From Scenedesmus sp. PABB004 (Eukaryota), in the NCBI GenBank assembly GCA_014905635.1, contig CM026547.1:4278001-4342000 (forward strand): a stretch of DNA of 64,000 nt, read 5' to 3'. Positions 33,756-47,006 of this stretch are shown here, one piece after another. The notes under the pieces are model-generated. The model saw nothing but the letters and a program-made list of their open reading frames with translations. It was not told the DNA's origin and did no database searches. Position numbers and translations under genes: made by a program. The stretch's first letter is position 1. Each line of letters opens with the position of its first letter.

Positions 33756-36700
33756 GGGCAGCACGGGCGGGGCCGGCAGCCCGTCGTGGTGGGCCCGGGC
33801 GTCGGCGGCGGGGCCGTCGGCGCCGCCGAGCGCCGCTGGCACGGCAGCAGCGCACAGCCTGTACGCTGCCTGGGCGGCCAGCTATGAGCCGGACGGCCCA
33901 GCAGCAGCCGCGCGCGCCGCGTCGGCGCCGCTCGGACTGCGCGCTTTGGCCGGCCTGTCGGCGCCGCTCGCAGACGCGCACGGCGGGGGCGCGCCGCCGC
34001 CGCCGCCGCCGCCGTGGCCCGGCGGCGAGCAGCAGCAGCCCGCTGCGGCGGCGCAGCGGGCGTGCGGCGCACACCGCAGCCCCAGCCCCGGCGGCGGGGG
34101 CAGCAACTTTGCGAGCAGCCGCGCCGCCGGCGTGGCGGCCGGCGTGGCGCGGCCTGGCGCGGCGGACGCTGGCCACCAGGCCTGGCTGCGCGACGCGTTT
34201 GCCGGCGGCGGCAGGCCGCCGCCGCGACGGGAGGACGCCGAGTCGCTGCGGCAGTGGCTGCGCCAGCAGCTGGCGACGCTGCCGGCGGCGGACAGCGGCG
34301 CTGACGAGCAACGCCTGCAGGCGGGCGCGCAGCTGGCGCTGGGGGCGGTGCAGCAGGCGCACGCGGCGGCGGCGGCGGCAGCCGCGGCGGCGCAGGGCGA
34401 GGTGCAGCAGGCTGACGCGGGGCTGGACGCGCAGGCCGCGCAGCTGCTGGCGGCGGCGCGGGGCGGCGGCGGCGCGCTGGACGTGGGCCGCGTGCAGCAG
34501 CTGGAGGCCGTGTTCTCGGCCGCTGCCTGCGAGCTCTGCCGGCAGGTCTCGGTGGGCTGCGCGCAGCGCGGGCGCCTGCTGGCGCAGCTCTGGCTCGCGC
34601 TGCGCGTGCTACTGCGGGCGGTGCTGGAGGACCGCCAGGCCGCGCGCGACGGCGAGGCGGGCGCGCGCGCCGCGGCGGCGGCGGCGGCGGACGAGGCCGC
34701 GCAGCTGCTGCAGCGGGCGCAGGACGAGCAGGTGGCGCTGCGCGCGATCAGCGAGCGCCACTCTGGCAAGGCAGCAGCGGCGCGCGCCGACGCGGACGCG
34801 GCGCAGCGCAAGGTCGCAAAGCTGGAAGACCTGCTGGCTCGGCTAAGCGCCGCGCAGCAGCTCGTGCAGCGCGTGCTCGACCTGGAGGGCCTCAGCGAGC
34901 AGCAGGCGGCCAGCATCTCGTCGCTGCAACAGGCGCTGCTCGCGTCCGAGGGCCGCTGCGACGGCCTGGCGACCGAGCTGGCGGCCTGGCGGGCGCGCGC
35001 GACCGCTGCCGAGGGCGCCGCCGAAGAGCTGCAGGCGCGCCTGGGCGTGAGCACGCCGCGGCCGCGCCGCGACCTGGGCCTGCTGAGCGACCTGCTGACG
35101 CCGGCGGAGGCGCAGCTGGTCGAGGCGGCGCTCATCTCAGGTGGGCGGCGGCGCACGTGGGCGTGCAAGGGCCGCGGGCCCGCGCCTCGGGGCGTGGCCG
35201 CTGCGTGGGCGGCCACTCACTGACGCGCCGTACGCCCGCTCGCAGGAGTGCCGGCGCCGCACGTGCACCGCCTGCTGCTGGGCTCTTCGAACGAGGGCGC
35301 CGACCTGCGGCCCTGGGCGGAGCTCGCCGGCTGCTGCGTGCCGGCGCTGACGGCGGCGGCGGAGCCGGGCAAGCTGCACGCGCAGCTGCTGCAGCTGCTG
35401 GAGGGCGCCGACGCGGCAGGCCTGGCGCGTCACCTGGGCGGCGGCGCGCCGGGCGCCGTGGAGCTGCTCGGCCGCGCGGTGCACGTGGGCACGCCGCCCG
35501 CGGTGCTCCTGGAGCTGCTGGACGGCAGCCTCGGCCTGCCGCCCCTGCCGGCGCCGGCGCCGCCTGCTCTGGCGGCGGGCGGCGCCGCCGCTGCGGGCGC
35601 GCGGCCGCCCGCGCCTCCTGCCCTGGCGGTCGGCGCGGGTCTGCCGTTCCTGCCGCTGCTGGGCGTGCTCGCGTCCAAGTACGGCCACGATCGCAGCGAG
35701 CTCGGCGGGCCGGTGACGGAGGCGCTCGGCCACGCGCAGCTGTCGACGTGCGGCCGCGTCGCGGAGCTCGAGGCGCGCGGCCGCGGGCTGCACCGGGAGG
35801 TCGTGATGCTCAAGCGCAGCCTGGCCGAGGCGCGCAAGCACGAGGCGGACCGCCTCGAGGCCGCGCTGCGCGACCAGCGGCGCACGCTCGCGCGGCGCGA
35901 GGCGCGGGCGCCCGGCGCGCTCGACAAGTTCCTGCAGACCAAGTTTGGCGACTACTTCACGCCCCTGGGCACGGCGGAGGACCTGCCGCGCGTGCTGCGC
36001 GCCACGGCGCCCGTCAACAACAAGCGCATGCCCAAGCGCGACGCGGAGAAGCTGGCGCGCGAGATCTGGGCCGCCAAGGTGCGCGGCGCGGTGCTGGGGC
36101 GCGGCCGTGGGGGGCGGCGCGCGCCGCCGCCGCCGTCGCACCGTCGCAAGACCACCACGCCGCCTGGACCGCCGCAGGACGAGGCGGAGGCGCAGAGCGG
36201 CGTGCGGACGCACCTCGCCGACTTCACCGCGGGCTTCATCGAGCGCCGGTTCTTCGCAATACCCCGCCTGGTGATCGAGGTGGGCTACAACCTCATCTTC
36301 TCCCTGGGCCAGCACAGCTACGACGCTGATTGCGCGCTGTTTCTTCGCGTCTTTACGGGTGCGCGGCCGGGCGACCGTGGCTGGCTGGGCCCGCGGCAGG
36401 CCGCCGCCCGGCGCGCGCGCGCGCCGCGCCGCGCCGCGCCGCGCCTGCTCCACCGTGCCCTTGACCCGCGCCTGGACCGCGCTCGGCACGCGCCGCGCAC
36501 GATTCGGGCGCAGGCGACGTCGACGAGGCGGTGCGGGCGGAGCAGGCGGCGCTGGAGGGCGAGCTGATGCGCCTGCTGCGGCTGCTCGACGTGTCGATCA
36601 ACCACACCGCCACGGGCTGGCTGCACAAGGCCGACGTCAAGACCGCGCTCGCGGGCTTCTTCAAGGGCAAGAAGGTGCGCAGGCTGGGCAGGGCAGGGCT

Positions 36701-38958
36701 CAGGGAGCCTGAGCCCTGACCAGGGCTCAGGCTGCGCGCCGCGCACGGCGGCCTGATGCGCGGGCCAGGGCGGCAGGCTGCGCGCTGCGCACAGCCGAGG
36801 CGCGGCGCGGCGCGGCCGCCGCCGCAGGTCGACCGCCTGGACGAGATCTTCGAGGCGCTCGACACCGACGAGCCGGGCGAGGCGCTGCGCTACGTCGCGC
36901 TGTTCAGCGAGAGCGAGGATGACCTCAACCAGGGCATGACCGCGGAGACCATCCGCAGCCAGCACCTTGCGGAGCGGCTCGAGTGGCTGCAGGACATCGA
37001 GGACGCGGTGCGCGACACCGCCGAGGACAACGCGACGACCAGCCTCACGCCCGCGCTGCTCGCCGCGGCGCTGGGCAAAGCGCGGAAGGGCCTCGACGCC
37101 GCCACGCTCGACGCGCTCGTGGCGCGCGTGTTTGGATCCGACTGGCGCGCCGCGCAGCACCGGCTCGCGCAGCCGCTCGGCGCCGTCGTGCGCGCGATCC
37201 GGCGCGGCAGCCTCGCGCCCGCGCTGCGCCCCGGCGCCGCGACGGCGGCGGGCGCGGTCAGCCGGATCCAGCCGGTGGGCAAGTTTGGGGCGCGGCTGAC
37301 GAGCGCGCTCAAGGTGGGCTTCAGCGAGGCGCCGCCGCCGGCGGCGCGGCGCGCCAGCAACCCCGGCGGCCCCGGCGCGGGCAGGCGGCGCAGCACCGCC
37401 GACCCCGGCGACGCGGCGGCGGCGCCGTCGAGCGCGGCGCCGGCGCGGGCCCGGCGCGCGTCAATGGACGCGGTCACCGCGGCGGTGGCGACCGTGCTGG
37501 CGGGCCCGGGCGGCAGGCAGCCGCGCGCGGCTGCGCACGGCGGCGCCGGCAGCGCCACCGCTGCAGCTGCGGCGGCGCAGCCGGCGGGGGCACCTGGCGA
37601 GGCGGCGGGCGCAGAGGCGGCGCCGGCGGCAGCAGAGGCGGTGGCGGAAGCTGCGGCTGCGGCACAGGCGGCCCCTGCGCAGCCGCTGGAGCAGGCGCCC
37701 TGCGCCGGAGCAGACGCGGCCGCGCCAAAAGTTGCTGGTGGCGGCTGCTGCAGTAGCAGCAGCAGCGGCGGCGGCGGCCAGCCGCTGGCCAAGCAGTCCA
37801 GCCTCGCGCACAGCCGCGCCGGCAGCGTCGCCAGCGCGGCAGGCCCGGGCTCGGCTCCGGACGACGCGCCCAGGCAGCTGGGCAGCCTGCCGTCCCTCGC
37901 ACGCGCCAGCCCGCAGCGCGCAGCCTCGGAGGCCGGCAGCCGAGCAGGCGGCTGTGACTCAGTCAGCGGCGGCGGCGGCAGGCCGGTCAGCAGGCCGACG
38001 ACGGCTGGCGCCGCCGCCGCGCGGCAGGCGCCGCCCCGGCCGCCGCCAACGGTCAGCGTGGGCATGCTCGTGGCGATGGAGGCTGTCCGGCAGTCCTGGC
38101 TGCACGAGGAGCAGACCAAGCGCGCCGCCCAGGGCAGCCTGAGCGGCGGCGGCGCCGGCGCGCGGCCGGCCTGGGACGGCCCCGGGTGCGAGCTGGCGGC
38201 GCCCGCGTCTCCCGGCGGCTACGGCAGCAGCAGCGGCGGCGGGCAGGGCTGGCGGCTTGCGGCCGTCCCCGCGCTGCAGCTCAGCGACGTGTCTGGCGCC
38301 GCCGCCGCCGACAGCCACCGCAGCTGGGGCGGCACCGCTCGCTCGAGCGGCGGCGGCTCGACTGCGCGCTCGCAGGGCGGCGCCGCGCGCGTCTCGGCGC
38401 CGGGCGGCATCCTGCGCCACTCGGACACGGCGCGCGCTGGGAAGCACGTGCAGCTCGCCGTGTCGCTCGACGGCGGCGGCGGCGGCGCCGAGGGTCCGGG
38501 CAGCCCGCGGCCCGACGGCGCCGGCCGGGCGGCCAAGGGCCGGCCCGGCAGCGTGTGCAGGCCGGCGCCGCCGCCGGCGCTGCTGCTGCTGACCGACGCC
38601 GAGGACGTCGCCGGCGGCGGGGGCGCCGACGGCGGCGGCGGCGACGCTGCGCCGGGCGGCGGCGGCGGCGGCGGCTGCCCGGGCGGCGGCGAGGCGTGCT
38701 TCACGCCGCACGCACCCGAGGAGGGCGGCAAGATGAACGCGATGCTCATGCGCCGCCTGAACAAGGTAAGGGAGGGGGGGGGGCTAGCGAGCTGACCAGG
38801 CTCAGCGGGGGCTCAGTCGGGCGCTGGCGGCCTGCGCGCTGTGGCCAACGCTGGCGCGCGACCAGCGACCCGCGCCCTGCCCCGCGTCGCGCGTCTCGCA
38901 GGGCAAGAGCCTGCGCCGGCTGGAGGAGGTCATGCTCGCGGCGGCAGCGCACGGCTGA
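33161..38958 (+). CDS. Large coiled-coil protein with an axonemal-dynein-light-chain-like segment and a TSNAXIP1-like region
   Basis: VFSAAACELCRQVSVGCAQRGRLLAQLW; STPRP; YFTPLGTAEDLPRVLR...NKRMPKRDAEKLAREIW; EVGYNLIFSLGQHSYDADCALFLRVFTG/DVDE; EF-hand-like LDEIFEALDTDEPG; low-complexity tail. Confidence 0.7.
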
Positions 38959-39178
38959 CGCGGGCGGCGAGGCGCCGGCGGCTGGCTGGCGGGTTCGCAC
39001 GTTGCAAGCGCCGCGCCCGCCCGGCCTCGCCGCGGCTGCAGCGGCGCCCTCCTGCGTCCAGCCGGCAAGCGCTCCCCGCCGCCCCTCGCGCGCCAGCCCC
39101 GCAGCCCGGCCCTGCCGCGGGCGCGCCGCGCACGCGCGGCGGCGTGCGTGCGCGCGGCCCGGCGCTGTCACTACGCCG

Positions 39179-41538
39179 TCACCACGCGGTGACGCGGCGC
39201 GCGGCGGATGTGTCGAGGACCTTGTAGGGGTTGAGTATGCGGTGCGGGTCGAGGCTGAGCTTGAGCCGCGTCATGAGCGCCACCGCGTCGGCGCTCTTGC
39301 TGTAGCGCAGCGCGGCCGCCTTCATGCGTCCGATCCCGTGCTCCGCGCTCACGCTGCCGCCGCGCGCGGCCGTCCACTCGTACACGTGCGGCTCGAGCAG
39401 CGCCTCGAGCGCCGCGTCGTAGCCGGCTGGCGCGGAGACGTTGAGGTGGAGGTTGCCGTCGCCGACGTGGCCGTAGCCGACGACGGCGACGCCCGGGAGG
39501 TGCGCCGTGCGCGCGCGCACGTCGGTCACGAGGTCGTACATCAGCGGCGTGGGCACGCTCAGGTCGTACTTGTACACGGCGCCTGGCGGCACGGCGGGCG
39601 GCGTGTGGGGGTGTGCGTGTGGGTGTGGGTGTGTGTGTGTGTGGGGGGGGGGGTGGATACGTGCGGGCGGGCGCGGGCGGGCGGGCGGGCGGGCGGCGCG
39701 CGGGCAGCGCGCGGGCGGGCGCGGGAGGCGCGCGGGCGCGGGAGGCGCGCGGGCGCGGCAGCCGCCGCCGCGGCGCGGCGCGCCTCACCGCGGCGCACGA
39801 GCGACTCCGTGATGCCCTCCCGCACGCGCCAGATCGCCGCCGCGCGCGCCTCGCTCTCGGCGAGCGTGCCGTCCAGCACGGCGCCGTCCGCCATCACCGC
39901 CTGCGCGGCGCGGCGCGGCGCGGGCTTCGTCAGCGCAACTTGCCGCAGCTCGGCGCAGCTCGGCGCAGCTCGGCGTCGCTCAACGCAGCTCGGCGCCGCC
40001 GCACGCGCCTCGAGGAAGGCTTCCAGCTTCTCCCGGTCGTGCGCCGCGTTGGAGCCGTGCGTCTCCACGACCATGTAGAAGGGACCGCCGCCGCCGCCGT
40101 CGCCGCCCTGCTGCCCCTGCTGCTGCCCGTCCTGCTGCTGCTGCTGGCCGGCCGCGCCGGGCAGCGGGTTGGTGACGCCGTCGAGGTGCGCCGTGACCAT
40201 GTCCATGCTCGCGGCGTCCAGGAACTCCACGGCGCTCAGCACCTCGCCCAGGCGCGCCTTGGCCGCGCGCAGCACCGCCTGCACGGCGGCGAAGCTCGGG
40301 CAGGCCAGGAACGCGACCTGCACCGACGCGGGGCGCGGCGCACACTGGATCGCGACCGCCGTCACGACGCCTGCGACGCGGCGGCGGCGGCGGCGGCGCG
40401 GCGGCCGGGGTGGGCGCGGGCTCCGGCGCGGCGGGCGGGCCGCCACGAGTGCGCCAACGCCTCGCTGCGCGCACCCAGGCTGCCCTCTGAGCCGATGAAG
40501 AGCTGCTTGAGGTCGTAGCCGGTGTTGTCCTTGCGCAGGCGGCGCAGCAGGTCCAGCACGGTGCCGTCGGGCAGCACGACCTCCAGCCCCAGCACGCTGC
40601 CGTGCAGGCTGCCGTAGCGCAGCAGCCGCAGCCCGCCTGGCGCGGCGGGCGGGCGCGGTCGGCGCGGCGCGGTCAGCGCGGCGCCCGCGCCCGGCGGCTG
40701 GCGCCGCGCGGCGCGGCCGCACCTGCGTTGGTGGAGACGTTGCCGCCGATCTGGCAGCTGCCCTTGGCGCCCAGGTCGAGGGGCATCGTGTAGCCGCGCG
40801 CGGCGACGTGGTCCTCGAGCGTTTGCAGGATGCACCCCGCCTGCGCCACCAGCACGCCCGACACCTGCGCGCGCGCGCGCGCAGACGCGCGCGGCGTGCG
40901 GCGCGCGCTCGGTGCGCCGCCGAGCGCCGGGGCTCGCCGCCGCTGCGACGGTCGGCGCCGCGGCGCGCAACTCGCCTCGTCAAACTCGAGCACTTCGTTC
41001 ATGCGGCCCATGCTGAGCACGATCTCGTCGTGCACCGGCACGCTGCCGCCGACGAGGCCCGTGTTGCCGCCCTGCGGCACGACCGCGAGCCGGCGCAGCG
41101 AGCAGTACGCGAGCACCTGCGACACCTGGTCTGTGCTCGTCGGCCGCAGCGCCAGGGCGCTGCGCCCAACGTACTTGCCCATCCAGTCCCTGCGCGCCCG
41201 GGCGCGCGACGGCGGCGGCGGCCAACGCGGTCTCGACACCACGCCGCGCGCCGCCGGCAGCAGCGGCGGGCGCCGCGCGTCCCGCGGCGACGGCGCCTCC
41301 GCCGGCGGCCGCGCCGCGTCGCCGCGCGCCTGTTCATGCCCTCCAGCGCGGTGGCGTCCTGGACCACGCCCCCGTCGCCGACGAGCTCGCGGAAGAAGGC
41401 CACGTCGTCCTCGTTCAGCTCGCTGTACGTTGCGTCGCGCGCCACGTCGCCGCTGGCGTGTCGCAGCGCCTGGCAGCTGGCCCAGGGGCGAGTCCAGGGC
41501 GACGCAGACGCCAGGCGCGCGGCGGCGCGCCGCAGCAT
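39179..41538 (-). CDS. D2HGDH: D-2-hydroxyglutarate dehydrogenase, mitochondrial
   Basis: [92 protein letters not shown]. Confidence 0.97.
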
Positions 41539-41930
41539 CGCGCCCGCCCGCCGCGGCGGCTGGATGTGCGCTGCGCGCCTCGTTGCCGCCGGCCCTGCTG
41601 CGCCCGTTGCTCGCGCGCGCTGCTGCTCGTGGAGCTGCGGAGGCGGTGATAACCCCCGCCAAGCGCGATCGGGCGGTCGCTGCTGGCGGCGGCCGCTGCT
41701 GCTGCTGCCGCTGCCGGCGTCGGGTGCGCAGCGGAGGGCGGCGCGCGCCTGTGCAGGGGCGGTGCGTGTTGTGCACCCGTCCGCGAGCTCCAGGCACACG
41801 CTGCCTGGACCGCCGAGCGGCGCCACTGAACTGAACCGCCGCGGTTACTGAGGCGGCCGCGAGGCGCGCCAGGGGCCGCGCTGCGCTCGCAGCAGCGCGC
41901 GTGCTGGCGCCTGCCCGCCCGCCGCCCGCC

Positions 41931-44069
41931 TCACCGCCCGTGGTGCAGCGCGTGCTGCACGCTGCTCCCGAGCTGGCGCAGCCGCCGCGCCGCGCGCGCT
42001 CCCCACGAGTACGCGAGGAACTCGTTGCCGGCGGGCATGTGCGGGAAGAGCGCGGCGACCTCCGCCCAGGGCATCAGCTTGACGCGCGGCACCTGCGCGG
42101 CCGCCGCGGCGACGCCTCGGCACGCGCGCGCGCGCGCGTGCGCGCGCGCGCCGCCGCCGCCGCCGCGCCGGCGCGCGGGCTGCGCGCCCCGCCGCCGCGC
42201 GCCGCGCCGCGCCGTGCGCGAGCGCACCTGGTCGCCGCTGCCGTATCCGATCATGACCTGGTGGGTCTCTGGCAGCAGGTCGAGGGACATGGGGAAGCTG
42301 ACCGCCGTCCACACCGGGTTGCGCGGGTGCTGGCCGTTGATGATGGGCATCGCCCGGCTGCGCGCGTAGATGCGGAACGGCGGGTGCGCCTGCGCGGCAC
42401 GGTGGGGGGCCGGGGGCGGGGCGCGGGCGCGTGGGCATGTGGGCGCGTGGGCACGCGCGCGGCGGGCGGCGGGCGGCGGCCGCGCGCGCGGGCCGTTCGC
42501 CGCCGGCGGCGGCGCGGGCGGGCGGCGGGCCCAGCAGCGCCGCGCTTGATGTTGGCTCGCCTGCATCTTGTAAAAGTAGTTTTGGTACGCGCGCTTGCTC
42601 TCCGCGTGCACGACGCCCAGGTAGTAGTCGCGCGGCTCGCCGCTGAACGCGCTCGGCACGAGCACCGCCTGCGTGTTGCCGCGCGGCTTGGACGTGAGGT
42701 TGCGGAACACGCGGCTGCTCGACTCAAACAGCTTCACGCAGGTGCCGTTGGGGTGCGGCTGGATGACGACGTGCGGGTCGAATTGCTGCGGCGCGGCGCA
42801 GACGCAGGGGCGGACGTCAGGCGCCGGCCGCGGGCCGCCTGCCGCCGCGCCTGCGCCTACGCGGGCGGCGCGCGGGGCGCGGCCCGCGGGGCACGCCGGC
42901 GCGCGCGCTGACCTGCGAGAAGAGGAGCTTTCCCTTGTAAATGAAGGGGTTCCAGTTCTTCTCCTTGAGCAGCTCGCCGTCCGGCAGCGCCGCGCCCGAC
43001 TGGTACTGCAGGCGCACGATGCCCTTTGCCCAGGGGTCGGCCGGGTCGGGCGCGGGGCCGTAGTGCTTCAGCTGCACCAGCCACGGCTGGAACGCCCAGG
43101 GGCCCTCGCACGCGGTGTGCTCGGGGCGCGTGCCGGACGGGTCCTTGGGCCAGGGCTTGGAGCCAAACATCATGAACAGGCCCTTGCCCGGCCACACGAT
43201 GAGCCGCGGGTCCTCGGGGCCTGCGGCGACACGGCAGCCGGCGCGGCGCGGCGGCGGCGGCGGCGGCGGGGTGAGCCGCTGCCGCGCCCGCTGCGGTGCC
43301 TCCTGCTGCGCCTGCTGCGCCTGCTGCGCCTGCTGCGCCTGCTGCGCCTGCTGCGCCGCCGCCACCGCCGCCGCCGCCGGCCGGCGCCGCGCGCCCGCGT
43401 GCGCGCGCACCCTCGCCCTCAAAGCCCTTGCTCCACTCGCACTCCTTCCACGTGCGCGGGTCGTAGTCCTCGCACGCCACCGGCTGCAGCGTGGTCGCGT
43501 CAACGCTGCAGACCGACATCTTGCTGCCCCACCAGCTGATGTACTCCTCGTCTGCGCGGCCGCGGGCGTGCGGGCGCGCGGGCGCGGGCGCGGCGTCGGC
43601 GCATGCTCGCGCTCGCGCCCGCTGCTGCTGCACGGACGCTGCCGCCGCCGCGCCGCCTCCACCGCAGTCGTGCCGCCGCCGCCGTCGCACCCTTCTTGGT
43701 TGACAGCGGGTAGTTTTCGATCGCGCTGCGCAGCGTCTTGTAAAAGTGCATCTTGCGCACCGCGAGCACAAACGCCGCGCCGTAGCGCACCATCGCGACG
43801 TTGCCGTGGTAGTACCCGATGTGGAAGTTCACGCGCATGTCCTTGCCCCGCACCTGCACCACGCCCGGGCTCGGGTGCTTGAACGCGGGGTCGGCGCGGC
43901 TGAAGTCGAGCACGACGTCGGCGGAGCGGTTGGCGACCCACACCGGCTGCGCGCCGAGCACGGCCGACGAGAGCGCCTTGACGTCGGCGCCGCCGCGGCA
44001 CACCAGGGAGAGCAGGCAGCCCGCCGCGAGCGCCAGCGCGGCACCGCCGCGGCCGCGGCGGAGCCGCAT
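41931..44069 (-). CDS. Secreted or membrane-anchored five-bladed beta-propeller carbohydrate-active protein (GH130/GT91-like)
   Basis: Signal sequence [64 protein letters not shown] motifs typical of this fold. Confidence 0.65.
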
Positions 44070-44105
44070 GGCGGCTGCGTGCGCTGCTGCCGCCGCCGCC
44101 GCCGC

Positions 44106-44141
<36 letters not shown>

Positions 44142-44763
44142 GCCCGCGCGGCTGCTCTCTTTGCTCTCTGCAGCCAAGCGACGACGGCGGCGGCAGTGGC
44201 GCGGCGGCGGCGGCGAAGTGAGCCGGCGCGGGCGGCCGGCCCCTGCCGCACCAGCGCCGCCGCGCCCCCTGGCCTGGCAGTTGGCCGCCGCGCGCGCGCC
44301 GCGCCGAGCCGGGGCAGCCTGCTGCCCGCGGCGCGCTGTGCAGCTTCTCACGGCCAAGGGTACCGTGATGGGCCCCGCGGGCACGCACCTGGGCCGCAGT
44401 GCGCGGCGTGGTGCGAAGAGGCGGGCTGCTGCGCTCGGGCTGCGCCACCGGCTCACGCGGCGCTGACGCGGGTCCGGACCGCTCAGTACGATGCTCTGGG
44501 CACGCGAGAGCGCCCTGGCGCGCGGTGCTGCTGCTGCGCGCGGGCGCTGCTGCGCCGGCTGCTGCACCGAGGGCTGACCGCGCTGCGACGGCAACGTGAG
44601 CGGTTCGTGGCGCCTGTTCGTCGAGGACGGGCGCCGGGCGACATGGCAGCACCACCAGCCGGTGGCGGGCGGTTGATGTCCGGGCCCAGCCCACCTTGAG
44701 CCCTGCTCAGCTGGTGAGGTGCGCGCCGCGCGCCTCTCGCCTGCCACACACCGCTGCAACGCC

Positions 44764-46905
44764 ATGGAGGACGCCACCGACCCCGCGGCCCTGGTGGGCC
44801 AGGCCATCGCGACGGTGCGCTGCCCGCCGCTGCTGTGCCGCCGCCGCTGTTCGCGCCCGCTGCAGTGCCTCCCGCGCCCACGCCCGCCGGCCGCCCCCCG
44901 CGTGCAGGTGTACCACCTCAAGGCCGACGTGGAGGCGGGGCTCTGCGCGGGCCCCGACGGCGCGGCGCTGGAGTGCTTGGAGGTCCGGCGGCGCTGCCGC
45001 GCTGCGGCGCCGCGCGGCGCCTCCACGCCGCCTCTGCCGCTGACTGACCCAGCCACGCCGCCGCCGCACGCACAGCGCGCGCAGCTGTCGATCGGCGCGC
45101 TGCAGGCGCTGGCGCCGGCGCTGCAGGCGCTCGCCGATCGCGCCGCGGCGGCGGGGCAGGCGGCGTGCGGCGAGCAGCAGGCGCTGCCGCCGGGCGCCGC
45201 GTGGGTGGCGGAGGCGCAGCAGCGCGCGGCGCGCGCGGTCGAGGCGCTGCAGCAGGAGGTTGCCGCGGCGCTGGCGGCGCCGCGCGGCGGGGGCCTGCGC
45301 CGACTGGTGCCGCGGCAGCCGCACGGCGCCGACACGAGTGAGCGACCGCGCGCGGCGCCGCGGCCTGCCTCGCCCACCGCGCGCCGCGCCGCCGCCGCTG
45401 GCCGGCCTCGCCCCGGCCGCGCCGCGACGCCGCCGCTGGCGCCGCCGCGGCCTGCCCCGCCGCCGCAGACCACCTGCCGCTGGCGCGGCTCATGCACCGA
45501 GTGTTTGGCGCCGCGCCGGGCCTGCAGCTGCACCTCTTCCGCTCCTCCACCAACCAGCTGCTGGCGAGCTATGAGATGGTGCCAGACGGCAAGGGCGGGC
45601 AGCGCGCGCGCGAGCCGCAACCCGACACGCTCGCGCGCAGCGCGTCGTGGGTGGACGAGGTGCGGGCCCGGCGCGGCGGGCGCGGCGCGGCCGGCGCGGC
45701 GGGCGCGGCGCGGCGCGGCGCGGCGGGCGTGGCGTGCGCGGCGGGCGCAGCGGGCGCGGCGGGCGCGCGTGGCGTGCGCGGCGCGGCGGGCGCGGCGCAG
45801 CCGTGGCGGGCGCTGCGGCAGCGCCGGGCCCGCACCTCATCCGCCCACGACGCGCTGCGCAAGAGGGTGTTGGCTTGCGGCTCGTGCAACTTGACACGCG
45901 AGCTGCAAGCCGACACGCTCGCGCACAGCGCGTAGTGGGCGGGCGCGGTGGGGCCTTGCGTGCGGCCGTGGCGTGCGCCGCGCGGAGGGCGCGGCTGGCG
46001 CGGCGGCGGCGGCGCGTCGACGGCCGCGCCCGGTCGCCCGCAGGTGCGCGTCGTGGCGCCGGGCGTGTTTGCCGCGTCCGTCGCGCTCTCCGCGCCGGGG
46101 CGGCTCGACCCCGTGCGCGTGTCCGTCGACAGCCACGACAAGGCGGCCAGCGTGGACGCGTGGACGACGAGCAAGCACCAGGCGCGGCGGCGCGCGGCGC
46201 GGCGGCGCGCGGCGCCCAGCGCGGGCGCTGGCCTGCCCACGGCGCGTCGAGCGCTCACGGCCGCTGCTCGCCGCGGCCTGCAGGTCTTCAAGCGGATCAC
46301 GTACCTGGCGGTGCGCGCGGTGCGGCACTTCCAGACGCTGCAGGCCGCGCACATGCTGCTGGAGGGCCCGCAGCAACCCGAGGGCGGCGGCGACGGCGAC
46401 GGTGGCGAGGACCGCGACCGGCCCGCGGCGGCGGGCGTGGCGCTGGAGTGCCTGCTGCTGTGGCTGGCGTGCTACGACGACCTGTTCAGCCGGCCCTGCG
46501 CCGTGAGCGGCAAGCTCATCGCCTGGGAGCCCGCCACCGCCGTCCCGCTGCCGCCGCTGCTGCGGCCATACTGGTGCGCGCGCGGCGCCGAGGCGGCCCG
46601 CCGCGGCGCGCGCCGTGGCCGCGCCACGCGCTGAGGCGCCGCGCGCGGCCTGCGCCGCACGCAGGCTGTCGATGGAGCAGCTGCGCGTGGCCGCCGCGGA
46701 CAGGGGCAAGCGGGAGGCGTATCACACGCACCTCGCGCCGTGGCCGGCGTCCGAGGCGTCGGCGGCAGCGGGCGTGGCGGCAGCCGGCGGCGCGGCGGAC
46801 GCGGCCGGCGGCGCGCTGCTGGGCCTGGACGGCGGCTGCGGCGTGGCCGCGCCCGTGAGCGTCGAGCAGCTGCTGGCGCAGCTGCGCGACGTGGTGGCGC
46901 AGTGA
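44764..46905 (+). CDS. MED27: Mediator complex subunit 27
   Basis: PGVFAASVAL, WTTSKHQ/VFKRIT, LLLWLACYDDLFSRPC..SGKL, LPPLLRPY, AYH. Confidence 0.8.
45608..45960. repeat. Three copies of a ~65-bp unit: direct (45608-45674, spanning a splice donor), inverted (45821-45887) and direct (45896-45960)
   Basis: Read directly; copies 2 and 3 form a stem-loop with a ~9-nt loop inside the MED27 intron. Confidence 0.9.
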
Positions 46906-47006
46906 CCGGGCCGCGCGCTTGCCGGGCGCGTGTGACGCGTGCCGCCTCGCGCCGCGGTTACCCACCGCCTCAGCTGCGACGCGTGTGCCTTCGCCCAGCT
47001 GTCGGC

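Noticed and set aside
36696..36731. Short palindrome GGGCTCAGG-GAG-CCTGAGCCC in an intron, with a related CTGACCAGGCTCAG at ~38792
   Set aside because: Stem of only 9 bp; too short to support a call
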